Part shown: one piece after another, positions 1 through 9,947 of the stretch
How positions within the stretch are numbered: the stretch's first letter is position 1
Layout: each line of letters opens with the position of its first letter
Source of the DNA: Klebsiella phage KPN8
Sequence record: OP079919.1
Length of the DNA stretch: 64,000 bases
Direction: 5' to 3' (one strand)
Translations under genes and position numbers: made by a program
Notes under the pieces: model-generated
Told to the model about the DNA's origin: nothing
What the model saw: the letters and a program-made list of their open reading frames with translations, nothing else
The model's database searches: none

Positions 1-93
1 ATGCTCAACCTGTCCGTTAGGGCTTCTCCAGTGAAGTTCTCGGAACTATTGAATTTGATATCCATTATTTATTTCCAAAAAAGAGGAACGACT

Positions 94-1209
94 ATGATCA
101 CCGCTGTGCTGTCCTGGGCATCCGCTATTATTAGCTTAGCTAAGATGCTTAATCCTGACAACAAAAACTACGATGAGAGCAAAAAGGTCATTGATAAATT
201 GGGTAGTGTGGCCGGAATCGTCAGCACGAGTTCCGCAGCTAAGTCAGCGCAACGCGCCATTATCAACCCGATGGTTGTGGTGGAGCGGCCGCTCCTCCAC
301 CAAGAATATATGAATGAACTTTTAACGATCATACAATTACGCGACATCATGAACGTCCTGACCCACCTGAGTTTGCAGGGTGAAGTTGGCGGCGTTAAGA
401 TCGCTAAACTGATCGAAGGCATTAACCCGTCCCGTTCCGGTTTCCTTTCGCTGATGGGCGCCGAGTCTTTTGGTGGAACCAACATTCTTCCACCAGTGGC
501 TGGGACAGAAGCCGATCTGGTTACCGTTAAAGATAAAGACGGTGTGATGATCGACACTAAACTTCAAAATACCCTCAACGAATATTCCCCGCTCGCTCTG
601 GGTAAAGTCGTTGGCGCCGAAGTTATCATCGATGGTAAACGCAACACGTTTCCACTGGTATTCCGCCAGGTACCGGTTCCTGCGGATACCAAACAGCTTG
701 AGAACGTATTCCAGGTAGCCAAGCCTGAAGACGGCCTGCGCATGCGTATCATGATGCTCAAAACAGGCGAAATCACACCTGCCGAGTTCCTTACCGGTAG
801 CGATCTGGTTAAGAAAGAATTCGCCGTTCGTAAGAACGATTTGACCGGGTACTACGAAGAAGCGCAAAAACGTGCGACTCGTAATCGTGCTGAGGCTATT
901 CGCACTGGCGAAGCTTCCATGAACACAATGGCGAACGTCTTCGTTATGTCTTCCGATACCGCTCGTCAGATCGAACTCGAGATCGGCTTACGTTTTGCCA
1001 ACGCCTCTTCTCGTGACCGCATTTTCAGCAAAACCGTTGCTAACACCATTGTGGTGGTCAACGAAGGCCGCGGTATATTTACGTTCTACACTCATGGCCA
1101 GGATATGCCGGAAGTGTACACGCGTTCAGAAATCAAAGTGAAGGCTGCTAAAGATACCTCTTCTAACAGTCTGCAAGATTTGCTTAAACTCTTTAACGGT
1201 GGTGTATAA
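94..1209 (+). CDS. hypothetical abundant virion protein; reading frame stays open to position 1 so the 5' end could lie upstream of window
   Basis: long ORF; AAGAGGAA SD 6 nt before ATG at 94; strongly host-optimal codon usage (ctg, cgt, ggt, gct, aaa, gaa) typical of highly expressed late genes. Confidence 0.6.
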   Translation: MITAVLSWASAIISLAKMLNPDNKNYDESKKVIDKLGSVAGIVSTSSAAKSAQRAIINPMVVVERPLLHQEYMNELLTIIQLRDIMNVLTHLSLQGEVGGVKIAKLIEGINPSRSGFLSLMGAESFGGTNILPPVAGTEADLVTVKDKDGVMIDTKLQNTLNEYSPLALGKVVGAEVIIDGKRNTFPLVFRQVPVPADTKQLENVFQVAKPEDGLRMRIMMLKTGEITPAEFLTGSDLVKKEFAVRKNDLTGYYEEAQKRATRNRAEAIRTGEASMNTMANVFVMSSDTARQIELEIGLRFANASSRDRIFSKTVANTIVVVNEGRGIFTFYTHGQDMPEVYTRSEIKVKAAKDTSSNSLQDLLKLFNGGV

Positions 1210-2084
1210 TGGATCTGGTGAAATACGCTAAAGGCGTAAAGTCGCTTAAAAAGAAAGACGTCTACGATACAATCGCGTTACAGAAAGGCATGGTGAACAC
1301 GATCAAAAACATGCTCGCCCTCAACGCCAGTAACGACGTCGGATACGACCAGTACGCTCAGCGCTGGGCACTGACCAAAGGGATCCTCAAAGATGTTGGT
1401 CGTCGGGTAACGAATCCGACCATGACCGACATTTTTGTCGATTCGATTAAAGGGATCGAATTCATCCTGTCTCGTCTGGAACAACAGGCTAAAGGCATCG
1501 ACGATACCATTGACGGAACAACCCTGACCATCAAAGAAACCAATATCCTGATCATCCTGGATAACATTGGTTTTTGGACAGGTTACACTCTGGACCTGGT
1601 AGAAGTCCTGTCTTCTTTTGCTCTGGAAGGCAAAGAAGATGAGCGCGGAATTAATAAAGCCGACCTGACTTTCCTTAATAAGACTTGGTCTTATTATTCC
1701 GATCTCTCGGTTCAGTTCATGGCTGAGCCCGACCAGATCGTTCGTCGTTTAGAGAAACTCTCTGACGTGCCGGCGGATCAGGATAGCGTGGATATTGTTC
1801 AGAACGCCAAAGGTCGTGACGCTGTTAACGCGATGAGAGGGTTCGGGATTCATACCGTTCTGCCGGCCTACTGGATTCTCGATATTAAGAAAAATATCGA
1901 TCTCGGTCGTATCAAAGCTAATCAGAAGCGCATCGAAATTCACTCGATGAAACTTGAGCAGCTGATGAACAAACGTAATGGTAGCAACGATCCTCACTTG
2001 GATCGCCAGATTGAAATCTACCAAAACGACATCATCAAGGCTAAGGCTAAAATCGAAGATATCGTTGAAAGTTATCAGGTGTAA
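1209..2084 (+). CDS. hypothetical protein (virion module)
   Basis: 291 aa ORF, TAATG stop-start overlap with upstream gene (translational coupling). Confidence 0.75.
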   Translation: MDLVKYAKGVKSLKKKDVYDTIALQKGMVNTIKNMLALNASNDVGYDQYAQRWALTKGILKDVGRRVTNPTMTDIFVDSIKGIEFILSRLEQQAKGIDDTIDGTTLTIKETNILIILDNIGFWTGYTLDLVEVLSSFALEGKEDERGINKADLTFLNKTWSYYSDLSVQFMAEPDQIVRRLEKLSDVPADQDSVDIVQNAKGRDAVNAMRGFGIHTVLPAYWILDIKKNIDLGRIKANQKRIEIHSMKLEQLMNKRNGSNDPHLDRQIEIYQNDIIKAKAKIEDIVESYQV

Positions 2085-2095
2085 GGGAGTCCATT

Positions 2096-2611
2096 ATGCC
2101 GAATTACCGTTCGAGCAAATACGGTATGGTGAGTGCCGATCTTTTGGATCCCTCCCTTACCGCTGTTAACGATCTATTAAAACTCTATCTCAGAAATGCG
2201 GGCCAAGATTTCGAATTCGGCATTGCGCCTAAGAACATTCAGGAAGTGTTCCGGAATGTCAACACTCTGATGGCTAACGATTTCCGTGCTTGGCTGGCGG
2301 CTAACTACAACGATGGCGTTGGGCTACGGTCAGATATGGTCCGTCGGGTGCTGGGTTTTCTTTCTGGTGAGCTGACGGGTCAGCTGGTCGTAGAAGGTAT
2401 CCGGATGGACCAGATCAAGGTCAGACATCTGAAACGCATCGGTGGGGAGGCTAAACCTTATCTCCCCACCCCTACCAAAAGAAATGAAAAATGGCATGAT
2501 GCTCTGAACAATGTCTTGCCTAACGATTTCTACAGTTTGGTAGAGGGTATCGGCTTACAGGCATTGGTTTGTCTAATGCTGACTTTAAGTGGGGAAACAG
2601 GCGATGTCTGA
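2096..2611 (+). CDS. hypothetical protein (virion module)
   Basis: 171 aa ORF; SD AAGGGAG upstream of ATG. Confidence 0.75.
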   Translation: MPNYRSSKYGMVSADLLDPSLTAVNDLLKLYLRNAGQDFEFGIAPKNIQEVFRNVNTLMANDFRAWLAANYNDGVGLRSDMVRRVLGFLSGELTGQLVVEGIRMDQIKVRHLKRIGGEAKPYLPTPTKRNEKWHDALNNVLPNDFYSLVEGIGLQALVCLMLTLSGETGDV

Positions 2612-3899
2612 TATCGATAAGATTTCAAAAGAACTTTCGGAGATCTCTATCACTCACTCCTCTGAGTTAATCGAAGCTGCCGAAGAATCCAACCAGATGG
2701 CTGAATTTGCCGATCGACTTTCTGAGTCGGCTGACAGGGCTTTGGTTATAAAAGAAATGCTTCAGAACGTTAACCCTACCGCGGTAACCGTTTCTTTTGG
2801 CTCAGCCATCGATAAACAGTTAAACCGTATTGGGGTGATGGACGTCATTAATAAGACGTCAACTGACGTTTTAGGCGCAGAAGCGTTGGGAAGAACCCTG
2901 ATGCCTTCGGTCTATCTCCAAAGCCGTATAGCCGGCTGTGAGTCTTTTATCGGCGACGCCTTATCCAAGGCTAAGAAAATGCTGATAGCGGCGTCTGAGG
3001 GCATTAGGGACCGTTATATTCTCATTAAGGAATCTAATCGTTCTTTGGCGAGAAGAATTCTCTTAGTAGAAGAGAAGTTGAGTAAAGCCCCAGGTCCTTT
3101 AGTTCATGGTCAGTTTAAAATTAAACTTGATCGTAATCCTCGGCTTTTCCTGGTTGATGGCGTGGTTAAAGAGCAGTGGGGAGCACAACTTGAGCGAGTA
3201 GATAAATCCATTTCTGCGCTCATGTCGAACTACTACAAAAATAACCGCAGTTCTATCAACGAACTTCTTTCTTATTTCGGTGGGTTCTCCCATCTCGAAG
3301 AAGACCGTGCTATCGAACGTCTTTTGTCTATGCCGAGTATGATCAGCCACTACACCTTCAAGGAATGCTTATATCCCAACCGGGAGCTTTCTAAGGACGG
3401 TGTGAAGGTAATGCAGTCAGTGGAACTTATGGGCGGTCGTCGTTTCCTTAACGCGGTGTATGAGAAGAAACCAAAGCAGCTTGAGTCTCTGGAAGAACTC
3501 TCTCGGTACTTCACCCAGATCCTTGAAAACGAATACGTTAAGTTCGTTGCCACCGAAAAAGTTGAATTGAATAAAGATATTGAGATCTCCAGTCTCTCTA
3601 CTTTAGAAATCAAGGTTATTCTTAAACTCTGTTCAGGTATCCTTGATAAAACAGAAAGCCTGTTCAGCGAAGGCGATCAGTATTCGGTGGAAGGAAAGGA
3701 TTATTTGGAAATGATTAATGTCATTTCTGATAACAACTGGGATGACAAACTCAAGTCTACCGTCGTCAGGTATTTCGAACAGCTCGCTTTGAAATATAAT
3801 AAAGAGATGCTGAACAACCGTGTGGCGGTGGTGGAATACCTGACCCTGCTTATCAATGGACTGTTAAACATCGCTGAACGCAGCATAGACGGCGAATAG
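2604..3899 (+). CDS. hypothetical protein (virion module)
   Basis: ORF track starts at GTG 2589; ATG at 2604 preceded by GGGGA is the more likely start; 8 bp overlap with upstream gene. Confidence 0.7.
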   Translation: MSDIDKISKELSEISITHSSELIEAAEESNQMAEFADRLSESADRALVIKEMLQNVNPTAVTVSFGSAIDKQLNRIGVMDVINKTSTDVLGAEALGRTLMPSVYLQSRIAGCESFIGDALSKAKKMLIAASEGIRDRYILIKESNRSLARRILLVEEKLSKAPGPLVHGQFKIKLDRNPRLFLVDGVVKEQWGAQLERVDKSISALMSNYYKNNRSSINELLSYFGGFSHLEEDRAIERLLSMPSMISHYTFKECLYPNRELSKDGVKVMQSVELMGGRRFLNAVYEKKPKQLESLEELSRYFTQILENEYVKFVATEKVELNKDIEISSLSTLEIKVILKLCSGILDKTESLFSEGDQYSVEGKDYLEMINVISDNNWDDKLKSTVVRYFEQLALKYNKEMLNNRVAVVEYLTLLINGLLNIAERSIDGE

Positions 3900-3907
3900 G
3901 AGGTATC

Positions 3908-4882
3908 ATGTCGCTAGAGCGCATTATGCTTTCTAAAAAGGCACAGAACCAACATCAGGATTTGATGGATGTGTTGAATCAGTTTAACGTCGTTATGGGA
4001 AACGAAACCCTATTTGACGACGTTAAGCTTATCGGTACAAACGTTTTATCCCGGACTGCTGTGTTGGCTGGAAAAGGTATAACTGAGCTGAACAATCTCT
4101 TTACTGTTGGTACTCGTAAGGCCATGGTGAAGTTTGGGACTAATCGTCAGGCTATCTCTGTTTTATCCAGGGATGTCCCTAAACGAGAGCTCAAAGAAGA
4201 GGTTGTTCTTCCAGCATCTTTTGTCAACAATGTGACCTCAGAGGGTGACCTGGGTACAGTTATCGATGATACTCGAGCCCTCGGCCAAACTCTGGATTTG
4301 TTGGTCCGTCATCTCAATGATATCGACGGATACCTGAAACAGCAACTGGGTTACGTAAAGGACATTGGGAACGTTCGTACTAATGATCAGGGCGTGGCTT
4401 TGATTCAGAAATACGACAAACTATCCTATCCGGCATTACAACTACCTATTCACGCTAATTTTATAGCCTCTTCGCACCCCTTGCCCGGAGGGAAGATTTT
4501 AACTTACGATGATAAACGTCATGTTTATTCTATGTCTGGTAAAAAGCCCCACGGCGAAGCCCAACCTTATCCTGCTCAATTAGATACGGTTGGATGGTTA
4601 CGAGCGGTTAATGGTGTCAACGATCATTTACAGCGCTTAATCAAGTATATGTACGAGTACAATACTTTTGTTAAGAACTGGGCTAGTGCGGTGAAATCAG
4701 CGTACCCTCATCTCGAAAGAGAAGATAACCTGAGTGAGTCCGTTTCTAAGCAGCTCGAAAGAATGCTTGATGGTAACGTCAACATTATGCAATTGTATAG
4801 CGGATTACTCCCTCGTCTTATTGGATACACGGATAAGTATATCCAGGATGTGTTAGGGTCCGTCAACAAACTTCTTAATTAA
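3908..4882 (+). CDS. hypothetical protein (virion module)
   Basis: 324 aa ORF; strong SD TAGGAGGT 5 nt upstream of ATG. Confidence 0.8.
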   Translation: MSLERIMLSKKAQNQHQDLMDVLNQFNVVMGNETLFDDVKLIGTNVLSRTAVLAGKGITELNNLFTVGTRKAMVKFGTNRQAISVLSRDVPKRELKEEVVLPASFVNNVTSEGDLGTVIDDTRALGQTLDLLVRHLNDIDGYLKQQLGYVKDIGNVRTNDQGVALIQKYDKLSYPALQLPIHANFIASSHPLPGGKILTYDDKRHVYSMSGKKPHGEAQPYPAQLDTVGWLRAVNGVNDHLQRLIKYMYEYNTFVKNWASAVKSAYPHLEREDNLSESVSKQLERMLDGNVNIMQLYSGLLPRLIGYTDKYIQDVLGSVNKLLN

Positions 4883-4919
4883 TAAGTTTTACATCAAATC
4901 TCTCTAGAGGATTTAAAGA

Positions 4920-6185
4920 ATGAGTAAATTGTTACTGGATCTGCTGGCTCGTCAGGGCAACGAAAACCTGGAAATCGAACTGGGTAATGGCGATACCGCT
5001 GTGATCGTTCCTGAGTCGGCCGAAGAAATCGCTGAAATGGCTGCTGAAAACGTCCTCGCTGAAACTTCCGAAGAACTGGAAGAACACGCCGACGACGTTG
5101 AAGACCTGTGCGACAAAGTTGAAGAACTGGAAGAGCAGGTTGAAGAACTGCAAGAAGTCGTTGAAGGCGCCGAAGCCCTCCTGCAACCGGGTACCCAGTG
5201 GAACCCTGCTGCGTTCGCCCTGCTGTATACCCGTGGTGAAAAACTGAACGCCAAAATGAGCGATACCGCTGTCCCGGTTATGGGTGCGGAATCTCTGGCT
5301 GACGCGACTACCGCCGAACTGTCTGCTCGTGAAGGCCTGGAAGCCATGGGCGCCACCGTGAAAAAATGGGGCTCTCAGGCGATCGCTTTCATCAAGAAAA
5401 TCTGGGATAGCCTGATCGCTTTCATCAAAGGCCTGTTCTCCAAAGCCACCGCGGTTAAGAACAAAGCGAAAGCTGTTGCCGCTCGCCTGGAAAAAACCGA
5501 AAAACTGAAAGAAACCATCAAGCTGGGCAAATGGAACGCGTTTGTCGGTGTTGGCGAAGGTCAGCCTAAATCTGCAACCGGTCTGTCCACTCTGATCGGC
5601 GCTGCCGGTAAAGTGGTAGCGGGTTCTGAAGCTCTGCTGTCTTCTCCGGGTAACGCCGCTGCGCTGGCAGGTCCGGTTAAAGAACTGAGCTCCGCTGCAG
5701 CTGGCCTGGACTCTGTTTTCGGCCCGGCTAAGAAAGCTGGCGGCGACAAAGCTGTTGCCGCTCACCAGTGGCGTGGTCTGACCATCGCGGTCGGTTATTA
5801 CGCTGGTAAAGTCGAAACCTTCGAAGATGTTGCGAAAGCCGCTAAAGCCATCCGCATCTCCTGGAAAGTTTCCGGCGGTAAAACCTCTGGCGAACACAAA
5901 GTCACCGACGGCAAAGACGCGCTGAAAAAATACATCAGCGACGCCAACGCTCTGGTTGACTCCATCGCTTCTTCTAAAGTTGAAGCGCAGTATGGCGCGG
6001 CTAAACGCGATCGCATCATCGGCCTGCTGAAAGCAGCTGATACCAAAGACGGCGAAGACGTGGGTAAAGCAGTTAACGCAGTGAAAGCTGCTCAGACCGC
6101 TCTGTCCTCTGTAACGACTTCCGCGACCCGTCTGGGCCTGGCTATCGCTAACGGCGAACTCGACTACGTACGTGCTTGCCTGTAA
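4920..6185 (+). CDS. highly expressed acidic coiled-coil / Ala-Lys-rich protein (scaffold, decoration or internal head protein candidate)
   Basis: 421 aa; extreme host-optimal codon bias; N-terminal acidic heptad-like stretch EELEEHADDVEDLCDKVEELEEQVEELQEVVEGAE followed by A/K/G-rich low-complexity region; followed by strong terminator. Confidence 0.75.
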   Translation: MSKLLLDLLARQGNENLEIELGNGDTAVIVPESAEEIAEMAAENVLAETSEELEEHADDVEDLCDKVEELEEQVEELQEVVEGAEALLQPGTQWNPAAFALLYTRGEKLNAKMSDTAVPVMGAESLADATTAELSAREGLEAMGATVKKWGSQAIAFIKKIWDSLIAFIKGLFSKATAVKNKAKAVAARLEKTEKLKETIKLGKWNAFVGVGEGQPKSATGLSTLIGAAGKVVAGSEALLSSPGNAAALAGPVKELSSAAAGLDSVFGPAKKAGGDKAVAAHQWRGLTIAVGYYAGKVETFEDVAKAAKAIRISWKVSGGKTSGEHKVTDGKDALKKYISDANALVDSIASSKVEAQYGAAKRDRIIGLLKAADTKDGEDVGKAVNAVKAAQTALSSVTTSATRLGLAIANGELDYVRACL

Positions 6186-6212
6186 TCCCTCGGGATGGTT
6201 GTTTAAATCAAG

Positions 6213-6247
6213 AGAGGGGAGTCCTTAGGGGCTCCCCTCCCTATTTT
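6213..6247 (+). terminator. rho-independent terminator
   Basis: stem GAGGGGAG(6214-6221)/CTCCCCTC(6233-6240) followed by CCTATTTT. Confidence 0.7.
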
Positions 6248-6263
6248 GCATTTGAGAGGATTT

Positions 6264-7337
6264 ATGTCTACCCCTTACACTCAAAAAGGCATGTCCATGT
6301 CTCTCGCAGAAGAATACGAGGGAGATAAAAAGAAATTAGATCGTTACATTGAAGGTACTCCTGATAACGTAGGGCGGTATAAAAAAGTAGCGTCAGTTAT
6401 TGGTAAAGAGCCCGGCCATCTTACTGTCGATAAAGATACGGGAGACAATACCGCCGGCACAGAAGAGTTTGACATAGACGAAGCTGTTCTTAACTTCCCA
6501 GAAGATGAAAATGTTGCTGGGATGGAAGACTTCGTGGAATTTGCTAAGAAGGCGGTAGTTCGGTTAATGCGGATGATTAAGAATGCCGCTATCTTTATTT
6601 ATGAACTCGTCTTTAACAAGATTAGCCGCATTAAACACATTGCTCGTAAAGCAGAATATCAATTAAGAACACAGAGCCTAATACCCACTACCGCGCCTTA
6701 CCCCAAAGGGACGCGTAAGATATTCATAGGACCGGCTTTACAGCTCAATGCTAACTGGACCCTTAAAAGCATTCAACAGGTCCAACTGTTTTACACCAGA
6801 CTGATGAAAGCGCACGGTAATTTATTGGATGCGGCTAAATCGGGTAATTGGAGAAACAACCCTAATTTCATTTTTGAAACTGCCGCTACCTTCGCTAATG
6901 AAATTTGTCAGAATCATCACAGCGATTATTCTGAAACCCAAGTTCTCCCAGGCGGGAAAATATACAGGGTGAATTATTCCAAAGGCAGTGGAAATAATCG
7001 TCCCGGCGTTTCCCTTACCCAGAAACTCTCTATTCAACTCAAGGATAAGTCCTTTAAACCGGATAGAGCTATTGCCGACGATCTCATGACGGCCCTGCAA
7101 GGATTCGCAGATAAGATCGGTAACGATCACCGTAGTCAAACCAGCACTTCCAGAAAAATGGAAGCGGCGATAAGAGACCTGGAACGTTATTATGTCGATC
7201 CTGAGGCAAAACGCCATGCGGCGGCTTACTTCACTTGGTTGATCGATTTCCAGCGCTCGGTTCTCAGTACCGGTCTTCAATATGTTTTCGGAACTTTGTT
7301 CGGTTACGCTGAATTCATTTCGGCCAATGTTAAGTAG
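6264..7337 (+). CDS. hypothetical protein (virion module)
   Basis: ORF track uses TTG at 6246; ATG at 6264 with SD GAGAGGA 4 nt upstream is the likelier start. Confidence 0.7.
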   Translation: MSTPYTQKGMSMSLAEEYEGDKKKLDRYIEGTPDNVGRYKKVASVIGKEPGHLTVDKDTGDNTAGTEEFDIDEAVLNFPEDENVAGMEDFVEFAKKAVVRLMRMIKNAAIFIYELVFNKISRIKHIARKAEYQLRTQSLIPTTAPYPKGTRKIFIGPALQLNANWTLKSIQQVQLFYTRLMKAHGNLLDAAKSGNWRNNPNFIFETAATFANEICQNHHSDYSETQVLPGGKIYRVNYSKGSGNNRPGVSLTQKLSIQLKDKSFKPDRAIADDLMTALQGFADKIGNDHRSQTSTSRKMEAAIRDLERYYVDPEAKRHAAAYFTWLIDFQRSVLSTGLQYVFGTLFGYAEFISANVK

Positions 7338-7345
7338 AGGTAGTT

Positions 7346-7756
7346 ATGTCAGCGGGTGTTATTAGCAAGAACATGTGGGTGAGTCTACTCTCTAAAGCCC
7401 TCAACGCCGATGCAAGTGTATTAGAATCTCAGACGTTTGTTTTTTCGCCGAGTAGCTCCGACGAGTTAGTTAGAGTTAATGACGTCAGAAGCCCTGACTC
7501 ACCTGTCGTGATGAATAAGTTTGATTTCGGTGAACTCACCTACGGGAGAAAGTTCGACGTTCGGCACATTCTTCAGGATTCTGAAAACAAAACAGCCGAT
7601 GAGATTTTTGATTATTGGAAGAAATTGGTGCGACTAGATGACCTTGATCGCGGCGAGGTTGATTTGGTTAAAGACGGGTCGATCCTTTATATCTATTTCA
7701 AATCTTCATCTATCTGTTTCAAAGGAAGCGTTGAGGTGACGTATGCGGATCGGTAA
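7346..7756 (+). CDS. hypothetical protein
   Basis: 136 aa ORF; SD AGAGG upstream. Confidence 0.75.
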   Translation: MSAGVISKNMWVSLLSKALNADASVLESQTFVFSPSSSDELVRVNDVRSPDSPVVMNKFDFGELTYGRKFDVRHILQDSENKTADEIFDYWKKLVRLDDLDRGEVDLVKDGSILYIYFKSSSICFKGSVEVTYADR

Positions 7757-9083
7757 TTATTTATTTCAAAACATACGTACCGCTTTGACCCTATTGGGTA
7801 TTGTGTTTCAGATTCAAACGAGGAAACCTACTCAAGAAGAGTCAGATATTCTCGTTAACGGATTCAGGGAACTTGACGTTTCGCCTGCAGTTTATCAAGA
7901 AAACGCATTACTGGCCTTACAGCTAGTGATTAAACGTTATATAGAGGATCTGGAAGCGTCCTTCTATGAACTTAGTCAATTACACGGATTAGTCCCAAAA
8001 TCTCTTCATAACGTGTTAGGGGAGCTTATAGAGGGAATTAGGAAAACAAACAGCGACGACCTTGTGGAATATTTCGATGAGGGGTTGTTAAAAGAACAAT
8101 CCATTCGTAGTTTGTTTACGCCTATCCCTGAAGATGAACTCGTCAATTCCGAACATTACGAGACGCTCAAAAGCATTTATAACGAAACCGTTACCAATCT
8201 CCTCAACGAATTGGAAGAGACCATTGATCCTTCAATTCTTCCGGTAATAGAAGATGGCGTACGCGATCTTAATTTGATCGAATTTATTTTACAGTATTTC
8301 GAATTGTCTAATTACGACAATGTCTCGGAGGAAGAGATGAAATATAGTCAGGTTAAAGCCAAGCTTGATGAAATCGAAACTGCGGTCATTAGCGGGGCGG
8401 AAGAATTCAAAACCCTCATTAACGATTCTCCAGTATCGGGAATGGAAGCCGGGTTTGTCGATACCGTTAAAGCCGGGATTGCCAAAGTCGTTGACGCCAT
8501 CAAAACCGCACTGAAAACCCTTCTCGATTTCTTTGCTGGACGTAAGAAAGATGCCGCGACTCAGATCGCAGATATCAAAGAGAAGTTCAATAAGCAAATC
8601 GAAGATCTAAAGGCTGCCGGTAACGATAAGCTTGAGATCGATCAAGAGAATATCAAGAAAACCATTGATATGTTGGAGAAGGCTGATCTTAGCGAAGTCG
8701 CCAATCATTTCAAAGGGGTAAACGATGCAACAGGTGCTATCTCAGCATACACCGCGGCATTGTCCGATCTGGAAAAACTCTGCAAGCCAGATGATGCTGA
8801 TAAACAATTGGGGGATACGCAAAGTAAACTCAATGAGCTTTCCGGCACCCAGGTCAACGTGAACAACGACGCCCCAGCAGAAGAGAAGTCAACCCTGAAA
8901 GAGGTCGTTAGCGAGCGCACCAAAGCTCTACAAGAGAAGTTCGCAGAAGCCAAAGAGAGCGTGAAGAATTTTATCAAACCTCTGTCCGCCATGGAGCGTC
9001 TCAATAGCACTCTGGGTAAAGTCATCAAAAAGAAATCAGAGAAGGAAGAAAAAGTCTCTGGTAACGAAGCCTGGATGGAGTAA
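7743..9083 (+). CDS. hypothetical protein, Glu/Lys-rich with predicted coiled-coil segments
   Basis: 446 aa ORF; SD GAGGTGA; overlaps upstream gene by 14 bp. Confidence 0.75.
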   Translation: MRIGNYLFQNIRTALTLLGIVFQIQTRKPTQEESDILVNGFRELDVSPAVYQENALLALQLVIKRYIEDLEASFYELSQLHGLVPKSLHNVLGELIEGIRKTNSDDLVEYFDEGLLKEQSIRSLFTPIPEDELVNSEHYETLKSIYNETVTNLLNELEETIDPSILPVIEDGVRDLNLIEFILQYFELSNYDNVSEEEMKYSQVKAKLDEIETAVISGAEEFKTLINDSPVSGMEAGFVDTVKAGIAKVVDAIKTALKTLLDFFAGRKKDAATQIADIKEKFNKQIEDLKAAGNDKLEIDQENIKKTIDMLEKADLSEVANHFKGVNDATGAISAYTAALSDLEKLCKPDDADKQLGDTQSKLNELSGTQVNVNNDAPAEEKSTLKEVVSERTKALQEKFAEAKESVKNFIKPLSAMERLNSTLGKVIKKKSEKEEKVSGNEAWME

Positions 9084-9089
9084 AGAGAA

Positions 9090-9878
9090 ATGATTAATTC
9101 TGCTTTCACTCCCGGATTTTTAGCGGTGCTGGGTTCGCAATACACCCTTACTGACATCCAATCTGTTGACGACGCTACGAGTGAACTCAAAGCAACTTTA
9201 GGGGAAACTCCAAAAACCTTCAGATTCCCAAAAATGGATATTGGGGATATGTTCGTTGGTGCGCCTCTTATCAGCTTCGGTACCTCCGGTGAACTCATTA
9301 ACGACGTGATCGCCAGGGCCATGGACTATCATGAAGCTGGATTAGTTAGCGGTGTGGATTTCGATTTAGGCGAAGAGCAATTAGATTTCCAAGAAGGTAC
9401 AAGCGTTTACCTTAATGTTAAGATACTCTCTTCATCTTTAATGTACAAAGGGAGTTTCGGCCTGACGGTTTATCGTGCTGACTTGTCGCCACTCACCCAG
9501 CCTATTGAACGTGATCTGACATCAACGATTCCTGATTACTCTTCACTGGACTGGATGGTGTATCTCAGTACTCGGATTTTTAATGTCGAGTACGATATTG
9601 AAATCGGCGATGTCATTCCTGAGTCTTGGAAAACCCCGCTGTGGCCATTGCTTTACGCCATGGATCAGGCTTTCAATATCGACGATGTGTTAGACGCCAT
9701 TACGGGTTCCGAAGTGCTGGAAAAATACACGGATGAAATTTCCAACCTGTTGGTGATCAAGTTAGAGAGCGGAGAACTCACCCTTCGGTACACCTTTGAC
9801 AAGACACAGACCGTGACCTACATTACTGATTTTGAACTCCCTGGCGACCCAGCTATCACAGACGCGTTACTCCCTTAA
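9090..9878 (+). CDS. hypothetical protein
   Basis: 262 aa ORF directly following previous gene. Confidence 0.75.
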   Translation: MINSAFTPGFLAVLGSQYTLTDIQSVDDATSELKATLGETPKTFRFPKMDIGDMFVGAPLISFGTSGELINDVIARAMDYHEAGLVSGVDFDLGEEQLDFQEGTSVYLNVKILSSSLMYKGSFGLTVYRADLSPLTQPIERDLTSTIPDYSSLDWMVYLSTRIFNVEYDIEIGDVIPESWKTPLWPLLYAMDQAFNIDDVLDAITGSEVLEKYTDEISNLLVIKLESGELTLRYTFDKTQTVTYITDFELPGDPAITDALLP

Positions 9879-9883
9879 CAACG

Positions 9884-9930
9884 AGAATCTGGCCCCAGAA
9901 AGGCCAGATTCTATGACCTTATATTTTTAA
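9884..9930 (+). terminator. hairpin, weak terminator or RNA-processing site
   Basis: stem AGAATCTGGCC(9884-9894)/GGCCAGATTCT(9902-9912) with T-run only 10 nt downstream. Confidence 0.35.
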
Positions 9931-9947
9931 CAGAAGAGGACGTTATT

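Noticed and set aside
1-93. Possible N-terminal extension of first gene from window position 1
   Set aside because: ATG at 94 has an excellent SD (AAGAGGAA). The 31 upstream stop-free codons can occur by chance, but a longer protein starting upstream of the window cannot be excluded.
4932-5897. 321 aa and nested 134 aa antisense ORFs opposite 4920..6185
   Set aside because: Same codon-bias artifact, with no independent signals.
6822-9322. Antisense ORFs 6822..7280 (152 aa) and 8705..9322 (205 aa)
   Set aside because: They lie fully inside well-supported sense genes, have no SD and show biased composition.
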